Positions 30,047-40,373 are shown, counted from the first letter of the stretch. The stretch: DNA of 64,000 nucleotides from an uncultured Candidatus Saccharibacteria bacterium (GCA_964636285.1 CAZWQF010000002.1:9669-73668); one strand, 5' to 3'. Notes: generated from the sequence alone by a model not told the origin. Translations and numbers: made by a program.

Positions 30047-32134
30047 TTAAGCCTCAACTACAACCTTTGTGGCTAGCTTGACCTTTTCCTTGTCAGCATC
30101 AACTACAACGGTCATGCCTTCTCTAAACTCGCCAGATATTATTTTATTCGAGATAAAGTTTTCAACTTCTTTCTGAATATATCTTCTTAAAGGCCTTGCG
30201 CCAAAGTTGGCATCGTAGCCTTTTTCGGCAATTAGAGACACTGCTTTATCTGTTGTCTCAAGCTTTATTCCAAGGTCGGAAAGAAGCTTTTCTGTCTTTT
30301 TAAGCTGAATGGCGGTTATAGCCTTAATCTGCTCTTTGGTAAGGGCATGGAAAAGAACTATCTCATCAAGTCTGTTCAGGAATTCGGGTTTAAATGTATC
30401 TTTGAGAGCCTTTGTAACTTTTTCTTTGAGCTCTTCTGAAGCATCTGCTACAACGGCCTCCTCCGCACCACCAAAGCCAATAGATGACTGATATATTGTA
30501 TCTGAACCCACATTTGAAGTCATGATAATAATGACGTTTTTAAAGTCAACTGTTCTTCCATGGCTATCCGTGAGCCTACCGTCTTCCATAACCTGTAATA
30601 ATGAGTTGAACACATCAGGATGAGCTTTTTCTATTTCATCAAGAAGCACAATTGAAAATGGTTTTCTTCTTACAATCTCGGTAAGTTGGCCACCATCGTC
30701 AAATCCTACATACCCTGGAGGAGCCCCAATCATCTTGCTTACTGTGTGCTTTTCCATGTACTCGCTCATATCAAGTCTCACAACCATATCTTCACTTCCA
30801 TATAGCACCTCTGCAAGAGCCCTAGAGAGCTCTGTTTTTCCTGTTCCTGTAGGCCCTAAAAATAGGAAGGATGCAATTGGTCTTTTTGGGTCTTTAAGTC
30901 CGCTTCTGGCCCTTCTAATAGCCTCGCTGACAACTTTAACAGCCTCATCTTGACCTACAATTCTTGAGTGCAGTTTTTCTTCAAGGTTTAAGAGCCTTTC
31001 CTTTTCTTCTACAGAAAGATCCTCAAGTGGAATTCCAGTCATCCTGGATATCACATTTACAATATCTGCTTTTCCAACCTCAGGAATCTCTTCCAGCTTG
31101 GTTTTCATCCAAATTTCAGTTAAATCGGTTTTAACCTTGTTAAGCTCTTCTATCTGAGCATCAAGCTTTGCTTTGTTGGCTTGAGTTCTTTCTTGAGTTC
31201 TTTGAAGTTTGAGCTTTGTGAGCTCTTCTTCTACCTGTTTTAAGTTTTGAGGCTCTTTTACTGCTGCAAGCCTTACTTGTGCAGACCCTTCGTCCACCAG
31301 GTCAATTGCCTTGTCTGGCAAAAACCTATCGCTTATGTACCTGTTTGATAAAGTTGCGGCCGACTCAAGTGCTTCATCTGAGATCTTTACCTGATGATGC
31401 TTCTCATATTGAGGCCTAATTCCTTTTAGAATCTCAACTGTTTCCTCAACTGTTGGCTGTGGAACAACAATTGGCTGGAACCTTCGTTCAAGAGCGCCAT
31501 CTTTTTCAATATGCTTTCTGTATTCATCTAGTGTTGTTGCTCCAACCATCTGAAGTTCACCTCTAGCAAGTGCCGGCTTTAACATGTTTGCTGCGTCAAT
31601 GGCTCCTTCAGCAGCTCCTGCACCTACAACTGTATGAAGCTCATCTACAAATAAAATAACGTGGCCTTGCGCCTTAACAACCTCTTCAACAATTTTTTTA
31701 ACTCTTTCTTCAAACTGACCCCTATGAGATGTACCAGCAAGAACACCTGCAATATCAAGGGAAACAACTCGCTTGCCCCTTAGTGTTTCTGGAACTTGCC
31801 CATCCACAATCCTTTGAGCAAGGCCTTCAACAATTGCTGTCTTTCCAACTCCCGGCTCACCAATTAAAACGGGGTTATTCTTTGTTCTTCTTGAAAGGAT
31901 ATGAACTACTCTTTCAATCTCTTTTTTTCTACCAATAACAGGATCAAGTTTTCCGTCTTTTGCAAGCTGAGTTAAGTCTCTTCCGAATTTATCAAGGTTA
32001 GAGGTTGCTCCAGCTTCTTTCTGAATTTCCTGAAAACAAACCTCACATAAGGAGACATATACCTGCCTACCGTCAATATTTCTTGTTGTTTGAATAACTG
32101 CGGGCCTTTGGCCGCATCTATGACAAATTACCAT
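30047..32134 (-). CDS. Clp/Hsp100 AAA+ ATPase with N-terminal Zn-finger (ClpE/ClpC-like)
   Basis: CHRC...CEVC N-terminus; GEPGVGKT and GPTGTGKT Walker A; RFLPDKAIDL; IGF ClpP-docking loop. Confidence 0.93.
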   Translation of the reverse strand: MVICHRCGQRPAVIQTTRNIDGRQVYVSLCEVCFQEIQKEAGATSNLDKFGRDLTQLAKDGKLDPVIGRKKEIERVVHILSRRTKNNPVLIGEPGVGKTAIVEGLAQRIVDGQVPETLRGKRVVSLDIAGVLAGTSHRGQFEERVKKIVEEVVKAQGHVILFVDELHTVVGAGAAEGAIDAANMLKPALARGELQMVGATTLDEYRKHIEKDGALERRFQPIVVPQPTVEETVEILKGIRPQYEKHHQVKISDEALESAATLSNRYISDRFLPDKAIDLVDEGSAQVRLAAVKEPQNLKQVEEELTKLKLQRTQERTQANKAKLDAQIEELNKVKTDLTEIWMKTKLEEIPEVGKADIVNVISRMTGIPLEDLSVEEKERLLNLEEKLHSRIVGQDEAVKVVSEAIRRARSGLKDPKRPIASFLFLGPTGTGKTELSRALAEVLYGSEDMVVRLDMSEYMEKHTVSKMIGAPPGYVGFDDGGQLTEIVRRKPFSIVLLDEIEKAHPDVFNSLLQVMEDGRLTDSHGRTVDFKNVIIIMTSNVGSDTIYQSSIGFGGAEEAVVADASEELKEKVTKALKDTFKPEFLNRLDEIVLFHALTKEQIKAITAIQLKKTEKLLSDLGIKLETTDKAVSLIAEKGYDANFGARPLRRYIQKEVENFISNKIISGEFREGMTVVVDADKEKVKLATKVVVEA

Positions 32135-32198
32135 AGCCTCATTTTACTATATTTAGTTGGCAATATGAAGTCCAAAGTGCGATAAATTAAAAAAGCTG

Positions 32199-32240
32199 TG
32201 GCCTACCCTTGTCAATAAAAACACGGGCAAGGATAGGCCA
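32199..32240 (-). terminator. Intrinsic terminator
   Basis: TGGCCTA.CCTTG...CAAGG.TAGGCCA stem followed on minus strand by a T tract. Confidence 0.6.
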
Positions 32241-32255
32241 AAGTGTTGGTGAAAA

Positions 32256-32471
32256 CTAGTACCCAGGAATGTTCTCAATTGTCAGGGGTTTAAGGACAAT
32301 GTCGAACTTAATGTCATCATCGCCGTCCCAATTATCCCTTTGATAGACTTGCACAACTCTGAAGCGAGAGGCTCCTATGAGGTAAACACTTCCCTCGGAT
32401 GGCAGACCCGACTCGTTCATTGTTATAGGGTCTCCATAAGCCTTAAAGTGAATGAAACGTTGTACTAGCAT
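32256..32471 (-). CDS. Small hypothetical protein
   Basis: GAAAGGA RBS, TGGTAAATT upstream, own terminator. Confidence 0.55.
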   Translation of the reverse strand: MLVQRFIHFKAYGDPITMNESGLPSEGSVYLIGASRFRVVQVYQRDNWDGDDDIKFDIVLKPLTIENIPGY

Positions 32472-32534
32472 GTGTATATCCTTTCTTGTCTAAAACGGAT
32501 TTATTGCGAATTTACCACTTTATGGCTAATAGGT

Positions 32535-34349
32535 CTAATGCTCCCACTGGTGACTTACAACAGCCTCAGCCTTAGCGGGACAGTTTTTCATAAACAAAGA
32601 AGCGGCTCTTTCCATCTGTTCTTGCTGTACCTTTGCCCACTCTTCAGCTTGATCAGCTCTTACCTCGGAAACAATTTCATCATGTACGGTATGCGTAATA
32701 GCCCCATCAATTTTAAGCTCCCTGAACTTTTCGTTTAAAAATATAAGTGCATATTTAGTGGCGTCTGCATTAGCGCCCTGAATAGGGTGGTTTTTCCCCT
32801 GCCTTTCAATCCCAGCAATCATTTTGTCAAAGTTTGGATCCGACTTATCAGGCATTGGATAGTATCTTTTTCTGCCAATCGGAGTCTCACTGTACCCTCT
32901 TTGAACGGCCAATTTTGCAGCTCTATCAAGCCAACCCTTAACTTTTTTGAAAGTCCTAAAGTATTTTTCCATGTATTCTTTTGCGGTTGTAACATCCACT
33001 CCAATTTGAGCCGCCAGTCTTCCAGGACCCATACCATAAACCAATCCAAAGTTAATAGTCTTTGCAGCCTGTCTTAAATCAGGAAACTCTTTTTTAAACG
33101 AAGGGGTATACGTCTTATTAAACATCAAAGCAGCGGTAGCCGAATGCACATCCCACCCTTCTGCAAAGGCTTTAGCAAGGTACTCATCTCCAGAAAAATC
33201 AGCAACAATCCTCATTTCCATGCTTGAGTAGTCTGCAACAACATACATATATCCTTCCTGCGGAATAAAACATGATCTGAAAGGAGCAACCTCTGACTCT
33301 CTTGGAATCTGCTGAAGGTTTGGATTTGAGCATGAAAACCTTCCTGTATCAGCACCAATTTGTTGAAAATCAGGATGAATCCTCCCTGTTTTTTTATTGA
33401 TTTTTTCAAGAATTGACTCTCCAAATGCTGAAATAAGCTTTTCGTAGCCTCTGTATTCTCTTAAAAGTGCTGCTACTGGGTGATTTACAGTTTCAAGAAC
33501 TGCGTCCCCTGTGGATGGAATATCTATTCGTAATTTATTGTTAAATAAATCTAAAAGCTGAGGTTGACTGTTAAGGTTTATTACATCAGCAGAACCTCCA
33601 AAAAGGGCCATCTGTTGAATTTTATACATAGGCCTGATAGTTTCCTGGATTTTTGACGCAAGTTCATCTCGCTTTACTCCAAGGCCTTTAATGACCGTTC
33701 CCCACCTCTTAGCATCAATCGAAATTCCCTTTAGTTCCATTTCGGCCACAGATCTCACAACAGAAAACTCAAGCTTTGCAACTTTAATCAAATCTTGATC
33801 CTGAAGCTTTATAGATTGACGATCAAATATTGGGAAAAGCACCAGTACATCTACTGCCCCGTATTTGATCTGCTGTTCGTTTACAACAGTAATCAACCCT
33901 TCAAATGTTTTTCTAACATCCTTGTCAAGAGTTAGGCCTAGATATTTGCCTACAATAGCCTGTAGTGAGTTCATTCTTTCAATACCACAAGTGATCAACC
34001 TTTCAGCAAGCATTGTGTCAAAAATGTTGTTTAAGCTTATGTTGTAATGTGCTTTAAGCTGTTGGTAATCAAATTTTGAGTTTTGAAGAAGTTTAATTTT
34101 TGAAGGATCCTCAAGGAGTGGCTTTAGCTTAACCATATCCAAAGAAGTGCAGTCAAAAACGTAGGCAAAATCTCTTTTGGCCACCTGAACTAAAATCATT
34201 TTTGCAGTGTATGGATCAAGATCCGTACACTCAACGTCAACCGCAATAATTTTTTCACCCATCAAATCTGAAATGGCTTTTTCCATTTCTGTAGGAGTGG
34301 TTATAAACTTAACGGGCGGGTTTTTTGGGTCAAAAGTTAATTGTTCCAT
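32535..34349 (-). CDS. polA: DNA polymerase I, Klenow-type (3'-5' exonuclease + polymerase, no 5'-3' nuclease)
   Basis: AVDVE exo motif, TGRFSCSNPNLQQIP, ADYSSMEMR, AKTINFGLVYG, TVHDEI. Confidence 0.93.
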   Translation of the reverse strand: MEQLTFDPKNPPVKFITTPTEMEKAISDLMGEKIIAVDVECTDLDPYTAKMILVQVAKRDFAYVFDCTSLDMVKLKPLLEDPSKIKLLQNSKFDYQQLKAHYNISLNNIFDTMLAERLITCGIERMNSLQAIVGKYLGLTLDKDVRKTFEGLITVVNEQQIKYGAVDVLVLFPIFDRQSIKLQDQDLIKVAKLEFSVVRSVAEMELKGISIDAKRWGTVIKGLGVKRDELASKIQETIRPMYKIQQMALFGGSADVINLNSQPQLLDLFNNKLRIDIPSTGDAVLETVNHPVAALLREYRGYEKLISAFGESILEKINKKTGRIHPDFQQIGADTGRFSCSNPNLQQIPRESEVAPFRSCFIPQEGYMYVVADYSSMEMRIVADFSGDEYLAKAFAEGWDVHSATAALMFNKTYTPSFKKEFPDLRQAAKTINFGLVYGMGPGRLAAQIGVDVTTAKEYMEKYFRTFKKVKGWLDRAAKLAVQRGYSETPIGRKRYYPMPDKSDPNFDKMIAGIERQGKNHPIQGANADATKYALIFLNEKFRELKIDGAITHTVHDEIVSEVRADQAEEWAKVQQEQMERAASLFMKNCPAKAEAVVSHQWEH

Positions 34350-35656
34350 TAAGATTTAAGTTCTTTCTCAAATAGGTCTTTAAGCTTTACAGCGTCACCC
34401 TGGCCTTTTGAAGCCTTCATTCCTTGACCTACTAAAAAGGCAATTGCAGAAGTTTTACCTGATCTGTAATCCTCAACTGCTTTTGGATTTTGAGAAAGTA
34501 CATCTTTTACAATGGGCAAAAGAGCACCATCCCCAAGCACTACTCTGCTTTTTTCTGCTTCAACAGCCTTAATAATTTCTGAGGGCTCCATTTCCCTATA
34601 CTGTGGTTTGTTAACAATAAGGTTTGCTACTGTCTTAGGATCCGCTTTCTTTGCAGATAGTTCAAATTTTTCTGCAAGCTCAGGAGTATCACATAAAACA
34701 TTAACAACTTCCTTATTAAGTCCAAACTCTGTATAAAATCTTTCTCTTTTTTGGTATGGAAGTTCACAAAGAGATTTTTTAAGGTTCTCAATGTATGCCT
34801 CAGAAAACTCCATTGGAGGTATGTCGGGTTCTGGAAAATATCTATAATCATGCGCTTCTTCTTTATCTCTCTGAGAAACTGTTATCTGTTTAACATCATC
34901 CCAACCTCTATTTTCTTGAGTTGGCGTCTCACCCTTATTTAAAATCTCAGACTGCCTTTTGATTTCGTAATTAACTGCTTTTTCCAAAAACCTAAACGAA
35001 TTGATGTTTTTAACTTCAACCTTATATTTAGGAAGTTTTGTCTCTCCTGTTTTTCTTAATGAGATATTTGCTTCAAGCCTTAGCTGACCTTTTTCCATGT
35101 CTGCTTCGGAGATTTTTAAGTATCGTGCAATTCTCTGGATTTCTTTTCCAAATTCAACTGCTTCTTCGGGCTTTCTAAAATCAGGCTCAGTCACAATTTC
35201 AACAAGAGGCATGCCAGCTTTGTTAAAATCAAGAAGCGTTTTTCCATGTTCGTGAAGAGATTTTCCTGTGTCCTCTTCAAGGTGAACTCTTGTTATTTGA
35301 AAAGTCTTCTCACCAATTTTAAGTGACCCCTCATAGCAGAAAGGCTGGTCATACTGGCTTATCTGATAACCTTTTGTTAAGTCTGGATAAAAATAATTTT
35401 TTCTATCAAACTTTGAGACTTTTGCTAGTTTTGAGCCTAGTGCTAACCCAAGAAGCTGTGCGTACTCAATTGCCTTCTTGTTGGGAACTGGGAGAGCTCC
35501 TGGAAGGCCAAGACAGGACGGACAAACATGCGAATTTGGCCTTGCTCCGTACATATCAGCAGAGCATCTACAAAAAACTTTTGTGTTTAGTTTTAAGTGC
35601 ATGTGAATTTCCATTCCTAGCACTAGTTCGTATGTATTTTCTAAGCTTTCTTTCAT
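34349..35656 (-). CDS. gatB: Asp/Glu-tRNA amidotransferase subunit B
   Basis: GMEIH, CLGLPGALP, RKNYFYPDL, YRYFPEPD. Confidence 0.97.
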   Translation of the reverse strand: MKESLENTYELVLGMEIHMHLKLNTKVFCRCSADMYGARPNSHVCPSCLGLPGALPVPNKKAIEYAQLLGLALGSKLAKVSKFDRKNYFYPDLTKGYQISQYDQPFCYEGSLKIGEKTFQITRVHLEEDTGKSLHEHGKTLLDFNKAGMPLVEIVTEPDFRKPEEAVEFGKEIQRIARYLKISEADMEKGQLRLEANISLRKTGETKLPKYKVEVKNINSFRFLEKAVNYEIKRQSEILNKGETPTQENRGWDDVKQITVSQRDKEEAHDYRYFPEPDIPPMEFSEAYIENLKKSLCELPYQKRERFYTEFGLNKEVVNVLCDTPELAEKFELSAKKADPKTVANLIVNKPQYREMEPSEIIKAVEAEKSRVVLGDGALLPIVKDVLSQNPKAVEDYRSGKTSAIAFLVGQGMKASKGQGDAVKLKDLFEKELKS

Positions 35657-36045
35657 ACATTTACCCCAAGCAAACCTAACGCTTTCTTTAAATCTTCAAT
35701 TGCCTGTAAAACCGAATAGTAAGGAGGTTCAAATCCTGCTTCGTGTACAACTGAATTTCTAAGCTTGTGTGCTTCCCAAATCGCGTTGTAAACAGGTCTA
35801 TCGAATTTGTCCTTTGCTTCCTTTAACCTCTCCCCCATCGTTTCTCCTGGAAAAATATCTCTTAACGCAGTATCAAGTGACCTATCCGCAAATATTAATG
35901 CCTGCCTTAAATTGCTAGGACCTCCAAGTTTGATAAGATCTTTGATCTTAAGCCAGTCTTTTTTGATTTTATCCTCAGACTCGCTTCCAACTGTTGTTCG
36001 TCCAAAAATTGCCCCTTTTCCAAAGAAAATATCAAGAATTCCCAT
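35653..36045 (-). CDS. Hypothetical protein with HEPN-like RxxxxH motif
   Basis: GETMGERLK, AHKLRNSVVH; overlaps gatA and gatB; ATG 36045 preferred. Confidence 0.7.
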   Translation of the reverse strand: MGILDIFFGKGAIFGRTTVGSESEDKIKKDWLKIKDLIKLGGPSNLRQALIFADRSLDTALRDIFPGETMGERLKEAKDKFDRPVYNAIWEAHKLRNSVVHEAGFEPPYYSVLQAIEDLKKALGLLGVNV

Positions 36046-37444
36046 TTTCCAAAGCCTTCTCAAGCTGATGTGCAAGAGACAGAACATTCCCTTCTTTAAA
36101 CTTATCTGCCATTATTCCAAACCCAATCGGCATATTATGTGAGTCGTACCCACAATTAATTGAAATACCTGTTATTCCGGCAATCGAACTTGGCTCAACC
36201 AGCACATCCTGAAGTTCACCAAACATTGCATTGTCTTTGGATGCGCCTATTGTTAGTGCTGTACACGGGGAAATTGGCCCCACAATAACATCCACTTTGG
36301 AAAAAGCCTTTTTAAAATCGTCAACAATTAGTGTTCTTACTTTCTGAGCTGTTCCATAATATTTGTCATAATAACCTGCAGATAATGTATATGTGCCCAT
36401 CATTATTCTTTTTCGTGCCTCAAAACCAAAGTGTTCCCTGTCAAAGCCATACCTGATACCATCAAACCTAGCAAGATTCGAAGAAACTTCTGACCTCTGA
36501 AGAATTGTGTAAACGGCAATGGAGTATTTTGGATCCATCAGATCAACTTCTTTTACCGTGTAACCTAGCTTTTTTATTAGCTCAATGGTTTCAAGAGTTT
36601 TTGACTTGACCTCTGGCTCCATACCCTCCACAAAATACGAAGGAGCAATTCCTACAACAAGATCTTTCTTATGATTTGTAAGAGTTACGTAGTCTTCAAG
36701 AGGCAAATCCGATGAAGTAGCGTCATGATCATCTTTGCCTGCAATTACAGTTAAAATTAGAGCCGCATCTTTTACGGTTTTAGTCATTGGACCGGGCGAA
36801 TCGGTTGATGAGGCCATGGCTATAGCTCCATATCTGCTCACTCTTCCATATGTTGGCTTAAGTCCTGTAATTCCGCACCAACTTGCTGGTTGCCTAATAG
36901 AACCCGCTGTCTCAGAACCTATTGCAAAAATGCACATATCAAGAGCTACAGCTGCAGCCGATCCTCCAGATGAGCCTCCGGGAAGTTTTGATTTATCATG
37001 TGGGTTTTTTGTAACAAAAAAGTCTGAGGATTCAGTTGAGGATCCGTGTGCAAAAGCATCCATGTTAGTTTTGCCAAGCAATACAGCTCCCGCGTCTTTA
37101 AGCCTCTGAGAGACAGTGGATTCATATGGCGGTATAAAATTTTTTATCACATTGGAAGACGCAGTTGTCAAAATACCCTTAGAGCAAAAGTTATCCTTTA
37201 ATGCATAAGGAACTCCAAGAAGTGGCTTCTCATTAAATATCTTCTCTCCATGCTTCTCAATTTCAGCATCTGCTTTTTTTGCCTCTTCAAGCGCATGTTC
37301 CCTTGTAACAGTAATGAAAGCATTTATCTCCGAATCAAGTTCGTCAATCTGATTTAAACACGCTGTAGTGACCTCCAAGGAAGTAAAATTTTTTGCTTTC
37401 AGACCGTGTATTACTTCAAATAGGTTTAATTTATTGAGTTTCAT
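36032..37444 (-). CDS. gatA: Asp/Glu-tRNA amidotransferase subunit A
   Basis: Amidase signature GGSSGGSAAAV, GSIRQPAS, SSNLARFDG. Confidence 0.97.
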   Translation of the reverse strand: MKLNKLNLFEVIHGLKAKNFTSLEVTTACLNQIDELDSEINAFITVTREHALEEAKKADAEIEKHGEKIFNEKPLLGVPYALKDNFCSKGILTTASSNVIKNFIPPYESTVSQRLKDAGAVLLGKTNMDAFAHGSSTESSDFFVTKNPHDKSKLPGGSSGGSAAAVALDMCIFAIGSETAGSIRQPASWCGITGLKPTYGRVSRYGAIAMASSTDSPGPMTKTVKDAALILTVIAGKDDHDATSSDLPLEDYVTLTNHKKDLVVGIAPSYFVEGMEPEVKSKTLETIELIKKLGYTVKEVDLMDPKYSIAVYTILQRSEVSSNLARFDGIRYGFDREHFGFEARKRIMMGTYTLSAGYYDKYYGTAQKVRTLIVDDFKKAFSKVDVIVGPISPCTALTIGASKDNAMFGELQDVLVEPSSIAGITGISINCGYDSHNMPIGFGIMADKFKEGNVLSLAHQLEKALENGNS

Positions 37445-37740
37445 GCCGACGAGCCTTTCTTAAGAACTGCGTCCGTAGCAAAGTAATCACCATCTCTTAT
37501 TCGAGCATTCTGCAAAACTTCTTCAACAGATAAACTTGGCCTTATTACATCCTCATCAAGTACATTTGTTACACCTGTGACCTGTGATGTTGGCTCTACA
37601 TTTTTTGTATCTAGCTCCTCCAGAACCTTTATGTACTCCAAAGCCTCAGATAAAAGACTCTGAAACTTTGTCTCCTCATCTCCGGAAAGCTTAAACTTAG
37701 CCAATTTAGCAACTTTTTTTACATCATCAATAGATAACAT
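37441..37740 (-). CDS. gatC: Asp/Glu-tRNA amidotransferase subunit C
   Basis: VKKVAKLA, ELDT..VEPT; directly upstream of gatA. Confidence 0.93.
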   Translation of the reverse strand: MLSIDDVKKVAKLAKFKLSGDEETKFQSLLSEALEYIKVLEELDTKNVEPTSQVTGVTNVLDEDVIRPSLSVEEVLQNARIRDGDYFATDAVLKKGSSA

Positions 37741-37766
37741 ATGTTTCCTAAAGCTTTAATGGGGCG

Positions 37767-38330
37767 TTAAAACTTGACTTGAACGTCTTGTCTCTCTTCT
37801 TCGGTTGCTTTAAAGAACTCAAATGGAACAAACCTCAAGAACTGTGCAACAAGAACATTCGGGAAAACTGCAATCGAGTTATTAAACTCAAGAACATTTG
37901 CATTATAGAACTGCCTTGAATACGCTACTTTGCTTTCAGTATCACCAAGCTCAGTCTGAAGCTGTAGAAAGTTAGTATTTGCTTTAAGCTCTGGATAAGC
38001 TTCAGCAACAGCAAACAAACTTTTTAGTGCGCCAGCCATCATACCTTCTGCCTGTGCAGCCATTCCTGGAGTAGTTGCAGACATCATTGCAGCTCTTGCA
38101 TTTGTTACTGCCTCAAATGTACCCTTTTCATGCGAAGCATAACCTTTTACAGTCTCAACAAGATTTGGAATCAAAGCAATTCTTCTTTTAAGTTGAACAT
38201 CTATGCCACTCCATGCCTCATTCACCTTATTTTTAAGAACGATGAGCGAGTTATAAGTTGAAATTAAGTAAACTATTAAAAGACCGATAGCTCCTAAAAT
38301 TGCTAAGAAAATAAACATAATTCCTTTCAT
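37767..38330 (-). CDS. lemA: LemA family protein
   Basis: AWSGIDVQLKRR..LIPNLVETVKGY, EAYPELKAN. Confidence 0.95.
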   Translation of the reverse strand: MKGIMFIFLAILGAIGLLIVYLISTYNSLIVLKNKVNEAWSGIDVQLKRRIALIPNLVETVKGYASHEKGTFEAVTNARAAMMSATTPGMAAQAEGMMAGALKSLFAVAEAYPELKANTNFLQLQTELGDTESKVAYSRQFYNANVLEFNNSIAVFPNVLVAQFLRFVPFEFFKATEEERQDVQVKF

Positions 38331-38344
38331 TACAGCTTCACAGA

Positions 38345-40102
38345 TTAGTGAAGCAAAAATTCCTTTAAAAAGTCTTTTAGAGGTAGAGTATTAACCACAT
38401 TTTTTGGCTCAGCCCAACCTCTTCTGGCAATATCAATACCATACCTCATCAGGCTAAAATCTTCAATACTGTGTGCATCAGTATTTATAATTAGCCTCAC
38501 CCCCTTTTTAATAGCCTCTCTAACCAAAACATCAGGCAAATCAAGCCTTTCTGGATGCGAATTTATCTCAATAATTTTATTTTTCTCAAGGCAGGCTTTA
38601 AATACTTCTTCCCAATCAACTTCATACGCGTCCCTTTGGTTTAAGAGTCTTCCTGAAGGATGTGCAATAAAATTAATGTATGGGTTGTTAATTGCATTCA
38701 CAAGTCTTCTAGTAATAGTTTTTTTATCCTGATCAAAACTTGTGTGAATAGAACCGATAGCATAATCTAGATGCTTTAAAACTTCATCAGGCAATGATAT
38801 TGTTTCATCAGCAAGAATGTTAACTTCGTATCCATACAGTACTCTGATTGAGTCATCTGAACTATTCTGTTGTTCAATTATCTTTTTTGTGTCTTTAACT
38901 ATTCGTAAAACCTCATCAAGCCCTCTTGTTTTAACACTAGGTGCATGATCAGAAATGCCTAGGTAAGAATATCCTAGAGTCTTAGCTTCTTTAATCATTT
39001 GTTCCAAAGTATTCTGTCCATCAGAGAAATCGGTATGAGAATGAAGATCGCCCTTAATGTCCGACTGCAAGATAAAATTGGGGTAAGTCTTTTTTCCTTT
39101 CTCAAAGAGTTCTAGCTCTCCAGTGTCTTCTCTTATTTCTGGGGGTATAAATTTAAGACCAATATGATTGTAAAAAGATTCTTCATCAGGAAATTCAAGT
39201 AGCTTTCCATTTTCTTTAATTCCATGTTCTGAAAGTGACATGCCTTTTGATAAGGCAACTTTTCTTAGCGCCACGTTATGCATTTTTGAACCAGTAAAGT
39301 GCTGCAGAAGCGAACCGAATGCCTTTTCTTCTTCGGTCATCAAATCCACTCGCACACCATTAACAAGAAGAACACTAGCCTTTATATCTCCTTGATTCAA
39401 AACCTCAGCTACTTCAGAAAAAGAAGTAAAGTGGTTTAAGACAACTTCCGCATTACTTGTAACAACAGCAAAATCTATATCTCCTATTGTTGAAAGTCTT
39501 CTTCTAAGCGAGCCAAGGGGCTCAATTCTTTTGACCTCTTTGCACTTGAGCATATGCTTTGTATACCTCTGAGCTATCTCTGTTGCATCTGATAATAAAA
39601 TTCTGGGCCTTGTTTCTTTATTGGGTTTTAATTTATCAATTGCCTCAAGAAGTTCGCTCTCTTTCTTCTCTCCAAATCCCTCCAAAGCCCTAATTTTGCC
39701 CTCCTCTGCTGCTTTTTTTACAATTGCGAGCGGATTATCATTCTCTTTAATTTTTAGATCCTGAGCCAATTTAAAGGCTGTCTTTGCCCCTATCCCTTGA
39801 ATTCCAAAAAGCCCAAACATTCCTGGAGGCATTTGGGATAAAACTTTTTCAAAGTAAGTCACTTTTCCCGTCTTAAAATACTCATCAAGATGGCCTGCAA
39901 TACTGGCCCCAACTCCAGGAATTTCTTTAAGTTTGCCTTCGTCCCACATATCTTTTATTTCAGATGTTGCGTGTTCTATTGAGGATGCGGCGTTTTGATA
40001 AGCTCTAATTCTAAATTTGTCCTCGCCAAGGACTTCGTAAGAGGCTGCAACCCATTTTAGAAGATTTGAGATATAATGGTTTGAGTATTTTGTGTCTGAC
40101 AC
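38345..40102 (-). CDS. polX: DNA polymerase X / PHP 3'-5' exonuclease
   Basis: FRIRAY, GSLRR...GDID, FTGSK.HN, PHP motifs HSHT..SDG and TDAH. Confidence 0.95.
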   Translation of the reverse strand: MSDTKYSNHYISNLLKWVAASYEVLGEDKFRIRAYQNAASSIEHATSEIKDMWDEGKLKEIPGVGASIAGHLDEYFKTGKVTYFEKVLSQMPPGMFGLFGIQGIGAKTAFKLAQDLKIKENDNPLAIVKKAAEEGKIRALEGFGEKKESELLEAIDKLKPNKETRPRILLSDATEIAQRYTKHMLKCKEVKRIEPLGSLRRRLSTIGDIDFAVVTSNAEVVLNHFTSFSEVAEVLNQGDIKASVLLVNGVRVDLMTEEEKAFGSLLQHFTGSKMHNVALRKVALSKGMSLSEHGIKENGKLLEFPDEESFYNHIGLKFIPPEIREDTGELELFEKGKKTYPNFILQSDIKGDLHSHTDFSDGQNTLEQMIKEAKTLGYSYLGISDHAPSVKTRGLDEVLRIVKDTKKIIEQQNSSDDSIRVLYGYEVNILADETISLPDEVLKHLDYAIGSIHTSFDQDKKTITRRLVNAINNPYINFIAHPSGRLLNQRDAYEVDWEEVFKACLEKNKIIEINSHPERLDLPDVLVREAIKKGVRLIINTDAHSIEDFSLMRYGIDIARRGWAEPKNVVNTLPLKDFLKEFLLH

Positions 40103-40159
40103 ACTCAGAATATAGCATCATTGACTTGTTAAAATCCATCTGTTATTAAAGATGTGCCG

Positions 40160-40236
40160 GGTCCCGTGGTGTAGAGGCCAAACACGCTTCCCTGTCACGG
40201 AAGAGAACGAGGGTTCGAATCCCTTCGGGACCGCCA
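40160..40236 (+). tRNA. tRNA-Asp(GTC)
   Basis: Acceptor GGTCCCG/CGGGACC, CTTCC-CTGTCAC-GGAAG, TTCGAAT, CCA. Confidence 0.97.
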
Positions 40237-40373
40237 TTAAAAGGCTTTTTGACCATGGCAGGCATTAAGCAAGGAGAGAGAAGGACCACCCATAAAGAAA
40301 TTAGGAGCAGAACCAAAAGTTTATTTATTTGGTTAAAACTGCTTTATTGCCCCATAAAGCCCGTAAAATTTAT

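Noticed and set aside
30309-37109. Numerous short antisense or overlapping ORFs in clp, polA and gat genes
   Set aside because: Shadow ORFs on conserved genes with no RBS or motif support
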